From contig NJBH01000002.1 in assembly GCA_005223125.1 (NCBI GenBank), positions 171,950 through 235,949 of the forward strand: DNA of 64,000 nt. The letters run 5' to 3'. The position numbers and the translations under genes are program-made. The notes under the pieces are model-generated. The model was not told the DNA's origin, did no database searches, and saw only the letters and a program-made list of their open reading frames with translations. This DNA is from Promethearchaeota archaeon Loki_b32 (GTDB taxonomy: Archaea > Asgardarchaeota > Lokiarchaeia > Sigyniarchaeales > SOKP01). Shown piece by piece: positions 29,144-38,389 of this stretch; position 1 is the first letter of the stretch, and each line of letters opens with the position of its first letter.

Positions 29144-29304
29144 AATTAACGACTTTGTGGAACCCTGATGATGAAAGTTTGGAAAAATGCGTAGAATTCG
29201 GCAGAGATATAGCTAATACTAAATAATTAAATTTTTTTAATATATTTTTTATTTCAAAATGTTAATATCAATAAGTAAGTCATGAAAAAATAAAACCAAA
29301 AATA
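29144..29304 (+). repeat. Direct repeat copy 2 (duplicated fprA 3' end, with 11-bp deletion)
   Basis: Matches 26989-27160 except loss of GGTATACGCGC (26999-27009) and one A/T mismatch. Confidence 0.95.
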
Positions 29305-29320
29305 GAGATTATTTATTTTA

Positions 29321-29971
29321 TTAATGTTCATGTGGTAAAGGTTTTCCACAAAATGGACAAAATCTAAATCCTAAATCTTTACCGCAATAAGGGCAAAATT
29401 CCCCCTCTTTACTAACAGATCCTTTTACTTCAGCCCCCTCTTTAGGTATTGAAGGTAATTGTCTGGTTGTTTTTATTGTTGAGGTTGCTGTTTGCGCTTC
29501 CGCCTTTCTTGCTGCGACTGTCGCTTTAAACGCTTGTCGTCGCTCTTCCTCAAGTTCTCCCTGGGTTTGAGTTCCCTCTGTTTTTACCCACCCTTGAACC
29601 TGAGGCCTTTTTAATTCACTTTCTGGAACTTTGTCTAATTTTATTTCTTTAGTATCTGATAAAGGAACTACATCCTTCTTCTGAGCCCTCTTCTGCACGG
29701 CTTGTTTGGTAAGAGCTTGAGTTGTCTTCATAACTTGATGTGGATTAATATTGGGAATAGCTACAGTTCTAAGAACCCAACCCACGATAAGATTTTGGTT
29801 TGGAAAATCACCTTCGACATCTTCATCCTTAAAAACGTAAGAATCGAGTATATTTTTTCCTTTGAGCATACGCACAGCCCATTTCTCATTAATAAGACCT
29901 AATTGAAGCCTATAAGACGTACCTGGAATGCCTAACTGTCCGGAAAGTGGCTCGAATCCTTTTTCAGTCAA
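29321..29971 (-). CDS. Hypothetical protein with C-terminal zinc ribbon
   Basis: Globular N-terminus, low-complexity linker, FCPYCG...FCPFCG; TTG start with AGTGA upstream. Confidence 0.75.
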   Translation of the reverse strand: MTEKGFEPLSGQLGIPGTSYRLQLGLINEKWAVRMLKGKNILDSYVFKDEDVEGDFPNQNLIVGWVLRTVAIPNINPHQVMKTTQALTKQAVQKRAQKKDVVPLSDTKEIKLDKVPESELKRPQVQGWVKTEGTQTQGELEEERRQAFKATVAARKAEAQTATSTIKTTRQLPSIPKEGAEVKGSVSKEGEFCPYCGKDLGFRFCPFCGKPLPHEH

Positions 29972-30180
29972 TATAAATCACTTTTTTTTTCTAAATTATA
30001 TGGTTTCAGTAATACTATAATGATAAATTTTGAATTTAAATTATTTTTTATTTATTGTAAAAATTTGTCTTATAGTTTAAAATTTTTTTAATTTAGATAA
30101 GTGATTAAAAACACATAAATACAAAAAATTGTATTAATTCGTAAAAAACCATTTTTTAAAAAAAATAAGGAGATTTTACA

Positions 30181-31131
30181 ATGGTTGTTATTATTCCTAA
30201 GAGCGCATATCTAGCAGTAGTAGCTGCTTCTGTTAGATTTGCTAACGCACGTATTCCAAAAGGTGATTGGCTTGAGGTTAGCGGAATTTTTATAGGAAAG
30301 AATGAGGGTGATGATGTAATAATAACAGAAGCATATCCCATTATGCATCAAGAATTAGATAAAGATGCTGTAATCGATCAATATAAATGGTCTGATGACG
30401 ATTATGTTGCTCTCAGTATTATTGATGATGAAGCATTTGGGAAAGGAGAATTTACAATAGGATGGTGGCACAGTCACCCTGGGTTCAAAATTATGTTAAG
30501 CCATATTGACATTCAAACTACTCTCTCTTATCAACAAAATAATCCCTTAGCAATTTCACTGGTCTTCAACCCTACACGACTACTCCGGCAAATTGAAGTG
30601 GCAGATAAGAAAGGAGATCCTGATATACAATTAAAGAACGATCCAGGTTTTAAGATATTCAGGTTAGATGATGTTAATCGTGGTACTGAAGCTTCGTATC
30701 ACACAGCAGATTTCAAAATTGAGGGATACGAAAGCATGGAACAGTTAAATGCATTAACTCAGAAATTTATTGTTGATATCACAAATTTTTTCCCAAAAGA
30801 AAAGGTTCCAAAGACATATAGTAAATTCATTGATGACCGCATAACACAATTGAATAGTTTATTTCTTGGAACTGAAGAATACTTAACTACTTTGACACAT
30901 CGGGGTGAAAAGGCAAGAATACCAGAAGTACTAGAAAATCAAAGTGTAGAAATTCGTAAATTTGTGGCAGAAACATTTGTCAAAATAGAAAATATCAAAG
31001 AATTCATGAATTATTTAGAATATAAAGAGAAGGAAGTAATTATACCCCAAATTGAGAGTATTCTACACAAATGGGATGAACAAGTTGCAGGAGTAGACAA
31101 AAGATTAAAGCAAATAAAGAAGAAATTTTAA
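30181..31131 (+). CDS. JAB1/MPN+ (JAMM) isopeptidase with helical C-terminus, paralogue 3
   Basis: LEVSGIFIG, GWWHSHPGFKIMLSHIDIQT..YQQ (Rpn11/CSN5-like), GFKIFRLDD shared with paralogues 1 and 2; SD AAGGAG. Confidence 0.88.
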   Translation: MVVIIPKSAYLAVVAASVRFANARIPKGDWLEVSGIFIGKNEGDDVIITEAYPIMHQELDKDAVIDQYKWSDDDYVALSIIDDEAFGKGEFTIGWWHSHPGFKIMLSHIDIQTTLSYQQNNPLAISLVFNPTRLLRQIEVADKKGDPDIQLKNDPGFKIFRLDDVNRGTEASYHTADFKIEGYESMEQLNALTQKFIVDITNFFPKEKVPKTYSKFIDDRITQLNSLFLGTEEYLTTLTHRGEKARIPEVLENQSVEIRKFVAETFVKIENIKEFMNYLEYKEKEVIIPQIESILHKWDEQVAGVDKRLKQIKKKF

Positions 31132-31255
31132 TTTAAATCCTAATTTTCATCTTATTTTTAGTTTTGATAAATTTTTATTTGATTCCGCTTTTCTTTGATT
31201 AAATATACGATTATTTATTACAAAATCAGAGAATTTTTAGAACACGGTCCTTATA

Positions 31256-33460
31256 ATGAGAAAAATTAACTTCCCCTTTTCTGCGATTCTTGGTCAAGAT
31301 AAAATGAAGATGGGGCTAGTTCTGAATGTTATTGACCCTGCTATTGGAGGGATCCTCTTAACTGGTCACCAAGGTACTGGGAAAAGCACAGCAGTAAGAT
31401 CTCTCGTAGAATTGATGCCTCAAATAGAAGTCATTAAAGGTTGTGAATTTTCATGCGATCCTAATTCAGATATCGATGATTTATGTCAAGGGTGTATTGA
31501 GAGAAAGGAAAGGAAAACAATTGAGACTGAATTCAGGGATATGTGGCTAGTAAATTTACCTTTGGGTGTTACAGAAGATATGGTATGTGGAAGTCTATCT
31601 ATAGACAAGGTTTTAACTGAAGGAATAAGAGCATTACATCCAGGTTTACTTGCTAAAGCAAATAGAGGAATTCTATATGTGGATGAAATAAATCTGCTTC
31701 AAGATCATATTGTCGATGTCCTCTTAGACTCTGCTGCCTCAGGAGTAAATATTATAGAAAGAGAAGGCATTTCTGTATCACACCCTTCAAGATTCGTATT
31801 AGTTGGTTCTATGAATCCAGAAGAAGGTGATTTGCGACCTCAAATTGCTGATCGTCTCGGCTTAGAAGTTAGAATAAAAGCACCTCGAGATCCCGAATTA
31901 CGTGCTGAAATAACAAGAAGAGTTATAGAATTTGATGATCATCCAAAAGAATTCATTAAAAATTTTGAAGATGAACAGGAGAAATTAAGGCAACATATAT
32001 TAAATGCTAGAAATGTCTTGAAAGAAGTTCAAATTCCGAGCTCTGTTTATGAATTCGTATCAAAAATTGTAAATGAATTAGAGATATTTTCACAAAGAGC
32101 AGATATTACTTTTATAAGATGTGCTAGAGCTAATGCTGCTTTGAATAATAGAAAGGAAATATTAGAAGATGATCTAAATGTAGCAATGGATTTAGTATTT
32201 GAACATAGAATTCAATCACTTCATTATGAAATGACACCAGAAGAGATTAAATCTAAGATTGCTGAAGTTTATGGAAAAATAAAAGAAGCTTATGAGAATA
32301 CTAAAGTTCTCCAACCGAATAGAGAAACCGAGGGACCTTTAAAACATGATGATGGCTCTCAAAAGGAGTTTAAACGTCAATCGGTCGACCCTGATAAAGT
32401 TGACATTCCTGAGACTCAAGAACAGAAATTACCTCCTCCAAAATATCCAGATAACAAAAAAAGAAACCCTAAACCTGCCGGTGGTTGGAAGGTAAAGAAT
32501 ATTCCTTATGATGATGATCTTAGATTTTTTGAAGATAAAAAAACAGCAATTACATTTATTTATAAGATGGAAAAGAAAATGACATCCATCCTAGATAATA
32601 TTAGAAAAGATCGAAAGATATCTGATTATGGTGGTAGAGGAATAGGAAGGAGAATTAAAATATCGTCATCTCAAAAAGGAAGATATGTGTCTTATAGAAC
32701 CCCAATTCGTGAACAACCAAACAGGATTGCTTTAGATGCAACAATCAGAAATTATCTTAAAAATACTATTTATAATAAAACAGAGATTGATTTTCCTATA
32801 CATTTTAATAGATACGATTTAATGGATAAAATCTATGAGTATAGAGCACCATTAGCTCTCTTTTTTGTTCTAGATAGTTCAGCATCTATGCATTATGTAA
32901 TAAAACAAATGACAGATGTAATCTTATCTCTACATCGGGAGGGGTATAGAAAGAGAGATAAAATAGCATTAATAATTTTTCGTGGTAAAGAGGCTGTTGT
33001 CTTGCAGAAACCAACAGTTAATTTTAAAACAGCGGTTAATAAATTGAAAAAAATCGAGGGTAAATCATATACTCCAATGGCTGCAGGACTAAAAAAAGTA
33101 TCTGAACTAATAAGAGTTGAAAAATTGAAAGCGAGAAACATTATTCCCATTGTCTTTATCTGTAGCGACTGTGGAGCAAATATTTCCGTTAAATATCCTG
33201 ATTTAATAGCACAAATTGAGACAGATTATACTCTAATTACAAATGAATTAAAAGAGCTAACAAAAAAATTATCAAAACAAAATATCCATATGGTTGTGCT
33301 CGAACCGAAAAAATCCTATGCAACACATGCTCTGGGGGTACATACATATTCCGCAGGACATATTAAAAAGAACTTTAAGAAGTACGCAAATGCTCAGATT
33401 TATAAATTCAACAAATATAATCCCAACTCTTTAATATTAGAATTGAAAAAGATTCTCTAA
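31256..33460 (+). CDS. ChlI/ChlD-like (chelatase-type) AAA+ ATPase fused to a VWA domain
   Basis: FPFSAILGQ, GHQGTGKST, PGLLAKANRGILYVDEINLL, SMNPEEG; Pro-rich linker; VLDSSASM MIDAS, YTPMAAG, SDCGAN. Confidence 0.9.
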   Translation: MRKINFPFSAILGQDKMKMGLVLNVIDPAIGGILLTGHQGTGKSTAVRSLVELMPQIEVIKGCEFSCDPNSDIDDLCQGCIERKERKTIETEFRDMWLVNLPLGVTEDMVCGSLSIDKVLTEGIRALHPGLLAKANRGILYVDEINLLQDHIVDVLLDSAASGVNIIEREGISVSHPSRFVLVGSMNPEEGDLRPQIADRLGLEVRIKAPRDPELRAEITRRVIEFDDHPKEFIKNFEDEQEKLRQHILNARNVLKEVQIPSSVYEFVSKIVNELEIFSQRADITFIRCARANAALNNRKEILEDDLNVAMDLVFEHRIQSLHYEMTPEEIKSKIAEVYGKIKEAYENTKVLQPNRETEGPLKHDDGSQKEFKRQSVDPDKVDIPETQEQKLPPPKYPDNKKRNPKPAGGWKVKNIPYDDDLRFFEDKKTAITFIYKMEKKMTSILDNIRKDRKISDYGGRGIGRRIKISSSQKGRYVSYRTPIREQPNRIALDATIRNYLKNTIYNKTEIDFPIHFNRYDLMDKIYEYRAPLALFFVLDSSASMHYVIKQMTDVILSLHREGYRKRDKIALIIFRGKEAVVLQKPTVNFKTAVNKLKKIEGKSYTPMAAGLKKVSELIRVEKLKARNIIPIVFICSDCGANISVKYPDLIAQIETDYTLITNELKELTKKLSKQNIHMVVLEPKKSYATHALGVHTYSAGHIKKNFKKYANAQIYKFNKYNPNSLILELKKIL

Positions 33461-33503
33461 CCATATATAATTGCTTTAAATTTTACATCTTTTATATTTT
33501 ATA

Positions 33504-34745
33504 ATGGTCAATAATTCAAATTCAGTACTTCTAGTAGGTTTTAATACTCGTCCCTTAGCCTATTCATTAAGGAACGCTGGTTACAAGGTCTATACCGTGG
33601 ATTTTTTCGGTGATATGGATCTTTATCCATATGTAGATGATTATATTATTGTACTGAAAGAGTTGGAAAGTAATTATTCTTCTTTGAAAAATAAATATAG
33701 TAAGTCTTTAGCTCATTTTGCTATGGAATTGCATCGTAAACATAGAGAAGTAAGGTTTTTATTAATAGGAAGTGGTTTAGATGATGCTTATGAAGAGAGG
33801 GAACTTATATTAGAGGAAATTAAAAGTTTTAATACTATTAACGTCAATAATGATTTACAAACAATTAGGAAATCAAGAGATGTTAAATATCTTTTTAATC
33901 TTCTAAAATCAAATGGTTATAAGGTACCTTTATCGTACAATTTTGAAACATTTCAAATAAAAAAGTTAAGCATGGAATTTCCTTTCATATTAAAAAAAAA
34001 GAGAAGCGCGGGGGGGACAAATGTTTATAAAATTGAAGACATAAAGAATTTAGTGTCTCAGATACAAATCCTTGAAAAGAGAGAATTCATTCCATCAGAA
34101 TGGATAATTCAAGAATATATTGAAGGGATTCCTGTTAGTTGTACGGTAGTTTCAAATGGTAAAGAGTGTGAAATTATATCTATTAATCGACAAATCATTG
34201 GTGAAAAGTTTCTTAATGCTCCTAAAGATTTTATGTATTGTGGAAATATTGTACCTGCTGGATTATCGGAAGATGAGGAAAAAATCATAGCTGAGATGTC
34301 GATATATTCAACTATAGAATTGGGACTAAAAGGAATTAATGGATTTGATTTTGTTCTAAAAGACCAATATCCATACCTTATGGAATGTAATCCAAGAATT
34401 CCTGGCTCAATTAGAGCCTCAGAATCTGTATTGGATTTGAATCTTTTAGATCTTCACATTAAAAGCTTTATACCTAATGAATGGGAAGATATTAAAAATT
34501 TACTTAAATCAAGAGAAATTAAAACTGTTGCAACAAAGTTAATCTTTTTTGCTCCGAAAGAAATTGATAAAGATATTGTGCCTAAAATTAATTATCTGAA
34601 ATTTATTCACGATAAATCTGAACCAATTAAAAATATTTTGAAGGGTGAACCCATATGTACAATATTATATAAAGCAAAAAACTTTTCTGAATCTTATTCA
34701 GGAGCAAAAAAGATTGTAAATAAGATATATAGAATTATTGAATAA
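33504..34745 (+). CDS. ATP-grasp carboligase (COG2232-like)
   Basis: RPLAYS..AGY.V..VDFFGDMDL, SAGG, IIQEYIEG, YCGNI, GINGFDF, MECNPR. Confidence 0.85.
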   Translation: MVNNSNSVLLVGFNTRPLAYSLRNAGYKVYTVDFFGDMDLYPYVDDYIIVLKELESNYSSLKNKYSKSLAHFAMELHRKHREVRFLLIGSGLDDAYEERELILEEIKSFNTINVNNDLQTIRKSRDVKYLFNLLKSNGYKVPLSYNFETFQIKKLSMEFPFILKKKRSAGGTNVYKIEDIKNLVSQIQILEKREFIPSEWIIQEYIEGIPVSCTVVSNGKECEIISINRQIIGEKFLNAPKDFMYCGNIVPAGLSEDEEKIIAEMSIYSTIELGLKGINGFDFVLKDQYPYLMECNPRIPGSIRASESVLDLNLLDLHIKSFIPNEWEDIKNLLKSREIKTVATKLIFFAPKEIDKDIVPKINYLKFIHDKSEPIKNILKGEPICTILYKAKNFSESYSGAKKIVNKIYRIIE

Positions 34746-34764
34746 TCTGTTCTATTAAATTATC

Positions 34765-35502
34765 CTACTGAATTATTGCCTTTATCTTAGCGATATATTG
34801 GCCTAGTTTCCTCCCATCTGACTCAGGAACCGCAAGTGCTAAAACCCTATTCTCATCTAAATCATGTAATATGACTGATCCATTCTCTCCACCTATTATA
34901 GAATACTCCATATGACTTTCTAATAAGACACCAGATAAATTATATAATGCTGCAACCATAGCTGAAAGAATTGGTTCAGGCATAGTGGATTGAATTTTAA
35001 TCGGCAATCCATCTTTAGTAATTATTGCTAAAACGAGAGTATTCGGGATTGCTCTCTTTAGACCTTTAAATATTTCTTCTTTAAGAATGTCCGATGTTTC
35101 AATAATTGCAGATACTTTTAGAGCCAATCTTTGTAGTCTATTTATATATGAATCTAATCCTTCGAGTTCCGCCATTTCTCGATTTAAATAAGTTATCATG
35201 GTTATATTTTCTGCCAAAATAGATAGAACAATCTTTTCCTTACCAATAATTAAGTTATAAGATACTTCCTGATTCAGGGAGTCCCTCAGCATTTTAGATG
35301 AAAGAAATACAAGGCTACTATTTGCTGCTGTAACTTCACCTGTTGTCATCTTAATATCTTTTTTGAAAATACTTGCGATTTTTGTACCCTCCGCCGTTCC
35401 AATATTAATACCAATTATGGCTGATGCTGATTCAAGCTCTTTTTCTATTATTTCTAACACATCAGATTTTAATTCTTCTAAAATTTTTTCTTGTTTCTCC
35501 AT
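34765..35502 (-). CDS. Tandem Roadblock/LC7 (MglB/LAMTOR-like) domain protein
   Basis: Two ~120-aa units (GINIGTAEGTKIAS..; LAIITKDGLPI..LSAMVAAL..IIGGENGSVIL..LGQY). Confidence 0.8.
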   Translation of the reverse strand: MEKQEKILEELKSDVLEIIEKELESASAIIGINIGTAEGTKIASIFKKDIKMTTGEVTAANSSLVFLSSKMLRDSLNQEVSYNLIIGKEKIVLSILAENITMITYLNREMAELEGLDSYINRLQRLALKVSAIIETSDILKEEIFKGLKRAIPNTLVLAIITKDGLPIKIQSTMPEPILSAMVAALYNLSGVLLESHMEYSIIGGENGSVILHDLDENRVLALAVPESDGRKLGQYIAKIKAIIQ

Positions 35503-35745
35503 AAATCAATATTAGGATATTTGAAAATAAAAAGGTATTCTAATAATTCAGTAATAATTTTAAGAATATATGTAATAATATTAGTAAAGCTCTCAACATA
35601 AAAGACAAATTTATTACTAAAAATGGGAAAAAATGTAATCATTATAGTAAAAATTATAAATATTAAATATTATGACCTTTTTAATAGATTACATTTTAAC
35701 TTCAATTACCAATCCAATTTTAATTCAGATACAAAGCGATCTTTA

Positions 35746-36570
35746 ATGAATGATATAAATTTAATGAATGAAATCAATTCCTTAAAAAAACAATTAGAGG
35801 CTAAAGATAACCTCATCAAATTAAAAGATGAAATGGTTAAGGCCCTTGAAAATTCTCTAAAATTAAAAGATGAAACGATTGAAACTCTCGAGAAAACAAT
35901 AAAAACTAAAGACGAAAGCGTGAAAACATTAGAAAAAACTGTAGCACTAAAGGAAGAAGAAATTAAAAAATTAAGTTCTTCTACTGTTAATCAAAATCTC
36001 TTAAAAGAAAAGGATGAAACAATCGCTCAACTTCAAAAAGAAATAGAAATTTTAAATGAAGAATTAACTAAAGCAGATGAAGATTTAGAAAGCTTAGAAT
36101 TAGAAATTGAGAAACTTAGAAAGGCTCAAACTAGTTCTATGGATGTAGAAATTATTGATTTTACAAATGCAAAAATAAATAAATCTGAAATTCTAGCAAA
36201 AATGCGAGAAATATTAGAGAATGCTATTTCTAATGTTACAATTGTGGTTCCTAACATTGAAGAATTACAAGATCTTTACCTTTATGAACTTAGATCCTCT
36301 GTTTCTATGAATATAGCTTGTGGAATTAATCCAGGAATCGATCAACATGCCGAACTCCTAGATGAATTTGAAAGTCTAGATAACATTTCTCTTAGAAATT
36401 ATGAAAGAAAAGATAGGTATGTATTAACAAGAGATGGAGAAGAACTTTTAATAGCTGTTATAGGGAAATCTGAAGACAATAATCTAGTAATCCATACAAA
36501 AGATCCAAAACACTTCCGTATCTTAAATTCATTAGCCACAGAAAGTTGGATACAGAGTAGAAAAGTCTGA
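35746..36570 (+). CDS. Coiled-coil protein with C-terminal TrmB/PLD-like alpha/beta domain
   Basis: 14-residue periodic LKDE/TKDE..LE repeats, then EILAKMREILENAISNVTIVVP..RDGEELLIAV; start at MNDINL assumed. Confidence 0.6.
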   Translation: MNDINLMNEINSLKKQLEAKDNLIKLKDEMVKALENSLKLKDETIETLEKTIKTKDESVKTLEKTVALKEEEIKKLSSSTVNQNLLKEKDETIAQLQKEIEILNEELTKADEDLESLELEIEKLRKAQTSSMDVEIIDFTNAKINKSEILAKMREILENAISNVTIVVPNIEELQDLYLYELRSSVSMNIACGINPGIDQHAELLDEFESLDNISLRNYERKDRYVLTRDGEELLIAVIGKSEDNNLVIHTKDPKHFRILNSLATESWIQSRKV

Positions 36571-36626
36571 AAACTTACTCTTTTTTAGAAAACAAGACAT
36601 TTTTACTTTTTTAATTTATCCTCTTT

Positions 36627-37487
36627 TTAAATTTCTATAAACGTCCTTTTTCTTTTATTAAAATGAGCTAATTGATTATAACCAATTTTCTTCAACAACT
36701 TTAACATTTTATTAAATTCATATGCCAAATCATTTGGATGATGAGCATCTGATGCTAATAAAACAGAAATATCAAGATTAAATATTTCTTTTATGATTTC
36801 CTCGCTTGGATATTGTTCGTTTATTTCTTTTCTTAGCCCGCCAGTATTAATCTCAATCGTTAAATCTGCTTTCTTTGCTAGCTCAAGTGTCTTAATTGCT
36901 TCATTCATAACTAATTCTTTATTATTGGCTCTTTTGTTATATTTTTTTGGCAAATCAAAATGACTTAAAATATCAAAATTAAATTTCTCTGAATTTATCA
37001 TATGTTGTAGTTTATGATAATATTCTAAATAGATACTATCGATACTCTCGTATTCCTTATACATGCTTAAGAACCTCCTATCATCAAAAGCAAATAATTT
37101 TGATTTTCCGTGTAGTACATGCACTGATCCTAAAATATAATCTAATTTATCCACTCTACTATAAAATTCTTTTTCTAAATTTACTTCATGACTTCTAAAA
37201 TAATCAATTTCAAATGCAGTCCTTATCTGAATGTCATTGTTATATTTTATCTTTAGTTTTTCAATAGACGAGAGGTAGGAATCAACTTCATTTAACCTCA
37301 TCGCATATTCGTGATAAGGGACTTCTTCTATTGAAACAGGACTGTTCTCAAGATACTCATAAGGGAAATGATCACTTATTCCAATAAGATCTAAATTTAT
37401 CTCAATAGCTTTTTTAATGTAATCCTCAATTGTGCCCTCAGCATGCCGACATAATTTATTATGAGTGTGCCAATCTTCTAAAAACAT
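36627..37487 (-). CDS. Histidinol-phosphatase, PHP (HisJ/HisK) family
   Basis: DWHTH..CRHAEG, GISDH, LGSVH, SHFDLPKK, EINTGG, ASDAH. Confidence 0.9.
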   Translation of the reverse strand: MFLEDWHTHNKLCRHAEGTIEDYIKKAIEINLDLIGISDHFPYEYLENSPVSIEEVPYHEYAMRLNEVDSYLSSIEKLKIKYNNDIQIRTAFEIDYFRSHEVNLEKEFYSRVDKLDYILGSVHVLHGKSKLFAFDDRRFLSMYKEYESIDSIYLEYYHKLQHMINSEKFNFDILSHFDLPKKYNKRANNKELVMNEAIKTLELAKKADLTIEINTGGLRKEINEQYPSEEIIKEIFNLDISVLLASDAHHPNDLAYEFNKMLKLLKKIGYNQLAHFNKRKRTFIEI

Positions 37488-37552
37488 CTTGTATTTATTA
37501 AATAGTAGAAATAAGATAAAATTGATGATTAAATAATATTAGTGGATTTTGT

Positions 37553-38362
37553 TTGGAATTCAAAAATAAAGAATTTGACGGACCTTATGAAGTGAGTGAA
37601 ATTCAAATTAACAACAATGGGCAATTACTTAGAGGATTATTGTACTTTCCTTCAGAAAATTTTAAAAAACCATATTCTGTAGTTATTTACTTCCATGGGT
37701 TCCCCCAAATATTTAGTTTGACAGAAATTGTGAAAAATTATAAATTCCTTTTAGATCTCGGTTATGCATTCATAGTTTTCAATTTTAGAGGATTTCGGTT
37801 TAGTGAGGGGCAGGTATCAATTAATTCTCAAGTATCTGACAGTCTAAAAATAATTGAATTCGTAGAAATAATGATAAAAAACAACATATTCAATATAAAT
37901 GATATTAACATTCTTGGACATGATTTTGGAGCTTATATTGCACTAATTTTGTGTTCTAAAATTAATTTGATAAATAGATTATTGTTAATCAGTCCAATTT
38001 TAAATGTAAAAAAACTTGTGTATAGTGAAGATTTCCCAAAAACCCTAAGTTATATTAATAGATTTCTTCCTGGAAATGTAAAGGGAATTGAAATTATTAA
38101 CCAATTTATTGATTTAACAAAAGAAGAATTAAATAATATTGAATTTCAAATCGAAAATTTTTTGAATTATTTAAAAAATAGACTGCTTAAAATTATTATT
38201 GGCAGTATTGATAAACTCTCTCCTTTATCTGAAGTCAAAACAATATTAACCAATGCAAATATACCATATGAGTTAATATCTATAATTGATATGGATCATG
38301 ATTGTGTTGATGATGAGGAATTGGAAAAATTGAATAAAGAAATAATTAATTATTTCATATAA
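37553..38362 (+). CDS. Alpha/beta hydrolase with Asp at the nucleophile elbow
   Basis: YFHGFP, FNFRG..SEG, GHDFG, GSID, MDHD. Confidence 0.75.
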   Translation: MEFKNKEFDGPYEVSEIQINNNGQLLRGLLYFPSENFKKPYSVVIYFHGFPQIFSLTEIVKNYKFLLDLGYAFIVFNFRGFRFSEGQVSINSQVSDSLKIIEFVEIMIKNNIFNINDINILGHDFGAYIALILCSKINLINRLLLISPILNVKKLVYSEDFPKTLSYINRFLPGNVKGIEIINQFIDLTKEELNNIEFQIENFLNYLKNRLLKIIIGSIDKLSPLSEVKTILTNANIPYELISIIDMDHDCVDDEELEKLNKEIINYFI

Positions 38363-38389
38363 ACGTGTTTTCTTAGAAGGTGTCTAAAT

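Noticed and set aside
31256-33460. Evidence for chlorophyll synthesis (Mg chelatase)
   Set aside because: ChlI/ChlD-like AAA-VWA proteins are widespread in non-phototrophic archaea; no other photosynthesis genes are present
35623-35745. N-terminal 41 codons of the 35623-36570 ORF
   Set aside because: Asn/Ile/Phe-rich, promoter-like AT sequence; the coiled coil begins at the Met at 35746
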